A stretch of DNA of 64,000 nucleotides from assembly GCA_018401355.1 (NCBI GenBank), contig JAGYLD010000001.1:7022-71021 (forward strand). Direction: 5' to 3'. Source of the stretch: Bacteroidales bacterium. GTDB taxonomy: Bacteria; Bacteroidota; Bacteroidia; Bacteroidales; B18-G4. Made by a program: the position numbers and the translations under genes. The notes beneath the pieces are model-generated. The model did not search any database and had not been told where the DNA came from. It saw nothing but the letters and a program-made list of their open reading frames with translations. Positions 60,095-64,000 of this stretch are shown one piece after another; position 1 is the first letter of the stretch, and every line of letters starts with the position of its first letter.

Positions 60095-60964
60095 TCAGTA
60101 GCTCCTGATTTTTTCTGCAATTTTTTTCATGAGCCAGGTTGGCGTTGAAGTAGCTCCACTGACTCCGACTTTTTCGACACTCCTGAAATCATCAGGATTT
60201 AAATCTGATTCAGACGACACCCAGATGCTATTCTCATTGGCACGCTTACAAACAGAATAAAGAAACTTACCATTGGAGCTCTTCCGACCGCTTACAAAAA
60301 CCATAACATCGTGCTTGCCTGCAAATGCCTTTAACCCTTCAACACGGTTAGCCACTTTCCCACATACAGATTTATGAATTTTATATTCCTTGTTGTTTGC
60401 TTTAAGAAGATTTTGTTCAATTTTCCCGGCTATTTCATCATAATGCCCCTTATCCATGGTTGTCTGTGAGAATAGTTGCAAAGGCTTCGCAAAGTCAATT
60501 CTCTGCAAATCTTCATCTTCTAAAACAACAATGGCATTATTTTCTGTCTGGCCATTGAGTCCAATAACTTCAGGATGATTCTTTTTACCAAAAATGACAA
60601 CACACCCATTTTTCTTTTTCATTTCCTGAAAGGCCTTCCTGATCCTTTCCTGCAATTTAAGCACCACAGGACATGTGGCATCTTCAAGGTCCACATGATG
60701 GTCTTCAACCAGCTTATAAGTTTCAGGAGGCTCACCATGTGCCCTGATGAGAAGTTTCTCAAATGTAGCATCTTTGATCTCATCATGGGTGATGGTTACA
60801 AGCCCTTTCCTTTCTAACCTTTTTAGCTCCTCTTCATTATGGACCAATTCACCGAGGCATAATATGCGTCCATCTTTAGCGAGTATTTCTTCAGCTTTTT
60901 CAATGGCAGAAACAACACCCGGACAAAATCCGGCATCAGGATCAATTTCTATAAGCCTTTTCAT
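60095..60964 (-). CDS. ispH: 4-hydroxy-3-methylbut-2-enyl diphosphate reductase
   Basis: GFCPGV, LVHN, RAHG, DATCP, HPEV, SQTT, SSN and GATSTP. Confidence 0.95.
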   Translation of the reverse strand: MKRLIEIDPDAGFCPGVVSAIEKAEEILAKDGRILCLGELVHNEEELKRLERKGLVTITHDEIKDATFEKLLIRAHGEPPETYKLVEDHHVDLEDATCPVVLKLQERIRKAFQEMKKKNGCVVIFGKKNHPEVIGLNGQTENNAIVVLEDEDLQRIDFAKPLQLFSQTTMDKGHYDEIAGKIEQNLLKANNKEYKIHKSVCGKVANRVEGLKAFAGKHDVMVFVSGRKSSNGKFLYSVCKRANENSIWVSSESDLNPDDFRSVEKVGVSGATSTPTWLMKKIAEKIRSY

Positions 60965-61035
60965 AAACTGTAAAAATACAAAGATTAGACTTCAGCAAGG
61001 AAGCACATGAAAGAAACATATTAAAATTCTCAAAA

Positions 61036-62106
61036 CTAATTGGCTTTACTAAAATCAGACAGATTTGTTGTGATGGTAATAAAATTGGGAGAACCTGCAA
61101 GATGATATCTCGAACGGGAATAGCTGAAGTGAAATTTTGATATCCGGAGACCAATACCCCAGGAAATTCCCACAGTTGAAGCCTTGTTATCAACTTTCAT
61201 TTCCTGTCTCCTCTGATAATTATAACCCATTCTGAAGCTCAGGAAATCCGTGATATTAAGCTCTCCTCCAACTACAATATGGCGCATGGCTTCATCGGCC
61301 GCTTTTTCAATCCAGGATTTTTCACTTTTTGTTCCTGTGATCGGATCAATACTCTCCTGCTCTTCTATTGGATCTGTATACCTGAGATCCCATCTTTCAA
61401 GATGGTTCAGCAACACAGAAAACCTGAATGGCAGGTGCTTAAGCCCTTTGGAAACACCCAGTTGCATTTCAAAAGGCAGTGGTTCATTGTTGCTTCCATT
61501 GTATGCTTTAAGCTGATAACCAATATTCCGGGCAATCAAGGAAACCGTAAAATCAGATTCTTCCTTGATATAGGACCCTGCAACATCTACAGCCAAACCA
61601 TAAGATGTATACTCATCAAAACCGGAATATATCAATTTTATATCTGAACCAATTGTAAAATTGGGGTGCAATCTTCTTCCCCAGCCTATATTCAAGGCAA
61701 GCTCGGAAGCAGTAAATTCACCTTGCTGTATACCCGATGCATCAGCCTTTTTAAATCTACCGTAGTTGATAAATTGCATGGTAGCTGCAAAACTTCCCAC
61801 TTTTTCAAAGTTTCGTGAGTAAGCAGCAAACCCATAATTGATATCAGAAAAATAATCAATAAAACTCAGGCCGATGCTATTATTCATCTCAGGTGAGATC
61901 AAAGAAGGATTATTAACGGCAAGCGTAATGTCATGATCATATATGGCAAGGAAGTTCCCCCCCAGTGATGCAACCCTGGCCGAATTGGGCAAATTTAAAA
62001 ATTCATAGGTATTGTCGCCTCCTATTTGGCTGTTTCCCCTTCCGGGAATAAACAATAAAACAATTATGGAAACAAGCAGGTAAATATCGATCCTTTTCAC
62101 ATGCAT
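61036..62106 (-). CDS. porQ: Type IX secretion system protein PorQ
   Basis: YEFLNLPNSARVASLGG, NPSL, LKHLPFRFS and GYNYQRRQEM; adjacent to ispH. Confidence 0.85.
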   Translation of the reverse strand: MHVKRIDIYLLVSIIVLLFIPGRGNSQIGGDNTYEFLNLPNSARVASLGGNFLAIYDHDITLAVNNPSLISPEMNNSIGLSFIDYFSDINYGFAAYSRNFEKVGSFAATMQFINYGRFKKADASGIQQGEFTASELALNIGWGRRLHPNFTIGSDIKLIYSGFDEYTSYGLAVDVAGSYIKEESDFTVSLIARNIGYQLKAYNGSNNEPLPFEMQLGVSKGLKHLPFRFSVLLNHLERWDLRYTDPIEEQESIDPITGTKSEKSWIEKAADEAMRHIVVGGELNITDFLSFRMGYNYQRRQEMKVDNKASTVGISWGIGLRISKFHFSYSRSRYHLAGSPNFITITTNLSDFSKAN

Positions 62107-62181
62107 CTTTTTATTGGTCTAACTATGTAGTAACACTAAAGCAAACGACATCGAATTCCGAATATTATTCATGGGTGAAGA

Positions 62182-62898
62182 TCAGTCAATCTTTTTAACT
62201 CGACCAGAACCATTGATATTGGTTTTAATTCCCGGAGTTCCCTTATAATAGACATCACCACTTCCGGAAATATTTATATCTAAATATTTAGAAGTATACA
62301 ACTTACAGTTGCCCGATCCTGAAACATCGACATCGGCTTCCCGGGCCAGGAGATTATAGCCATAAAAATCACCTGAACCACTAATGGATACATCCAGCTC
62401 CACTGTTTTACCAGCAATGTCTATTTCACCTGAACCAGCAATGTCAGCATCTATCTCATTCATATCAACCTCCAGCATCATCTGTCCGGAACCGTTGACA
62501 TCAAGCTCAAGTTCATTTCCATTTATCTCACGTTTCGTTATAACAATTCCTGAACCACCAATCTCAATTTCTTCAATTTCAGGCATTGACAGGAATATTG
62601 TAATCGGTTCAGTATCCCAATTGCAAACACCTTTACTATGAATATGGAGCATATCCCCACGGACTTCTGTAATGATGGCATCAAGGACATTTTCCTGTGC
62701 TTCTATCTTTACACCGAAATCAGAATCCTGTTCAAGAACAATCCTCGCATGAATTCCAAGACTTATACCGGAAAATCCTTGTATGCTTCTCTTTTCTATA
62801 ACATAATCACCCTCACCTTTAAGGTAAACGCAATCACAAGAAGATAAGATTAATAAGAAAATGAAGGACGATAATAAAACAACTGTTGCTTTTTTCAT
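62182..62898 (-). CDS. Head GIN domain (DUF2807) lipoprotein
   Basis: LSSC lipobox, repeated xSGSG beta-helix units and VYYKGTP. Confidence 0.88.
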   Translation of the reverse strand: MKKATVVLLSSFIFLLILSSCDCVYLKGEGDYVIEKRSIQGFSGISLGIHARIVLEQDSDFGVKIEAQENVLDAIITEVRGDMLHIHSKGVCNWDTEPITIFLSMPEIEEIEIGGSGIVITKREINGNELELDVNGSGQMMLEVDMNEIDADIAGSGEIDIAGKTVELDVSISGSGDFYGYNLLAREADVDVSGSGNCKLYTSKYLDINISGSGDVYYKGTPGIKTNINGSGRVKKID

Positions 62899-62953
62899 AA
62901 TGCAGGAATTTATTTATACAATATTACAAAATTCCTGCTTCCTGATTTCCAAA

Positions 62954-64000
62954 TTATGCATTCTGCTTCCTGATCATATTCAGGGCACTTCCGGATTCAA
63001 ACCACTTAATCTGGTTTTCATTATAGGAATGATTTACCAGGAATTCATCCTTTGATCCGTCATTGTGAGTTAATACAACCTTAAGTGGCTTATCGGCAGC
63101 AAACTCATCTAACCCCAGGATATCTACCAGGTCATCTTCTTGGATTTTATCATAATCACCTGGATCAGAAAACGTTATGGCCAGCATTCCCTGCTTTTTC
63201 AGATTTGTCTCATGGATCCTTGCAAATGATCGCACTAAAACAGCTTTAACGCCCATAAACCTTGGTTCCATGGCAGCATGCTCACGGGAAGAACCCTCTC
63301 CATAATTCTCATCACCAATTATTATTGTGCTGATTTTGTTCTTTTTATATTCTTTTGCTGTTTCAGGAACAGTATCATATTCACCGGTTAAAGTGTTCTT
63401 AACCTCGTTAGTTTTGCCGTTAAAATCATTTACAGCTCCTATCAACAGATTATTAGAGATATTTTCCAGGTGCCCCCGGTATCTCAACCAGGGTCCTGCC
63501 ATACTGATATGATCTGTTGTACATTTTCCACGTGCCTTAATCAGGATTCTCAATCCTGTAAAATCTTTACCATCCCAGGGCTTAAAAGGAGAAAGGATCT
63601 GTAGCCTGTCTGAATCTGGTTTCACCTCTACCTTAATTTTACTTCCATCTTCGGCAGGAGCCATATAACCATTGTTTTCAACTTCAAAACCTTTTACAGG
63701 AAACTCTATGCCCATTGGCTCATCAAGTTTTACTTTTTCTCCATTTTTATTTATGAGTTTATCTGTTAAAGGATTAAAGTCTAGCGTCCCTGCTATGGCA
63801 AATGCAGTAACGATCTCCGGAGATGCAACAAATCCATGGGTATTGGGATTACCATCATTACGTTTTGCAAAATTCCTGTTGAAAGAAGTCATAATGGAAT
63901 TCTTCATCTCCTTATCAGCATTATGTCTTGCCCATTGCCCGATACACGGCCCGCATGCATTTGCCAGAACGACTCCCCCAATATCTTCAAAAACATTCAG
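62954..64000 (-). CDS. acnA: Aconitate hydratase (mitochondrial-type), 5' truncated by window edge
   Basis: Frame is open to base 64000 ([11 protein letters not shown]); [29 protein letters not shown] and [13 protein letters not shown]. Confidence 0.95.
   Translation of the reverse strand: MNVFEDIGGVVLANACGPCIGQWARHNADKEMKNSIMTSFNRNFAKRNDGNPNTHGFVASPEIVTAFAIAGTLDFNPLTDKLINKNGEKVKLDEPMGIEFPVKGFEVENNGYMAPAEDGSKIKVEVKPDSDRLQILSPFKPWDGKDFTGLRILIKARGKCTTDHISMAGPWLRYRGHLENISNNLLIGAVNDFNGKTNEVKNTLTGEYDTVPETAKEYKKNKISTIIIGDENYGEGSSREHAAMEPRFMGVKAVLVRSFARIHETNLKKQGMLAITFSDPGDYDKIQEDDLVDILGLDEFAADKPLKVVLTHNDGSKDEFLVNHSYNENQIKWFESGSALNMIRKQNA

Overview
64 kb of core chromosome from a Bacteroidota genome, most likely a free-living Bacteroidales/Bacteroidia. 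Evidence for this: short MRQLKIT-type RpoD, TAnnTTTG promoters, PorQ, a T9SS type-B CTD protein and a mitochondrial-type aconitase. The window is gene-dense (about 55 CDS) and I found no rRNA, tRNA, CRISPR, integrase or transposase. Housekeeping genes include rnz, rpsA, ychF, clpB, yajC, coaE, yidC, pyrG, gap, rpoD, degP-like, dapF, mltG, recR, glmM, aroE, gapN, recF, ispH, porQ and acnA. There is a TetR-TolC-MFP-RND efflux cassette with a clear operator palindrome and one deletion-riddled pseudogene. Two segments (about 15.7-16.3 kb and about 43.14 kb) carry homopolymer indels that look like long-read consensus errors. The most interesting items are: (1) an 80-aa ribbon-helix-helix-like protein ending in a beta-clamp-binding motif (QLDLF), next to recR; (2) a 2-oxoadipate-centred cluster (fused LeuC/LeuD-type hydro-lyase, LplA, DUF1338/HglS-like, YdiJ-like dehydrogenase); (3) a YchF with a rewritten P-loop/switch I; (4) an S1 with a roughly 165-aa acidic repeat-containing extension; (5) a stand-alone OST-HTH/LOTUS mini-protein; (6) a GT2 fused to a degenerate phosphoglycosyl-transferase module; (7) heptamer repeats at convergent gene junctions. 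All family calls come from motif recognition by eye; no searches were run.
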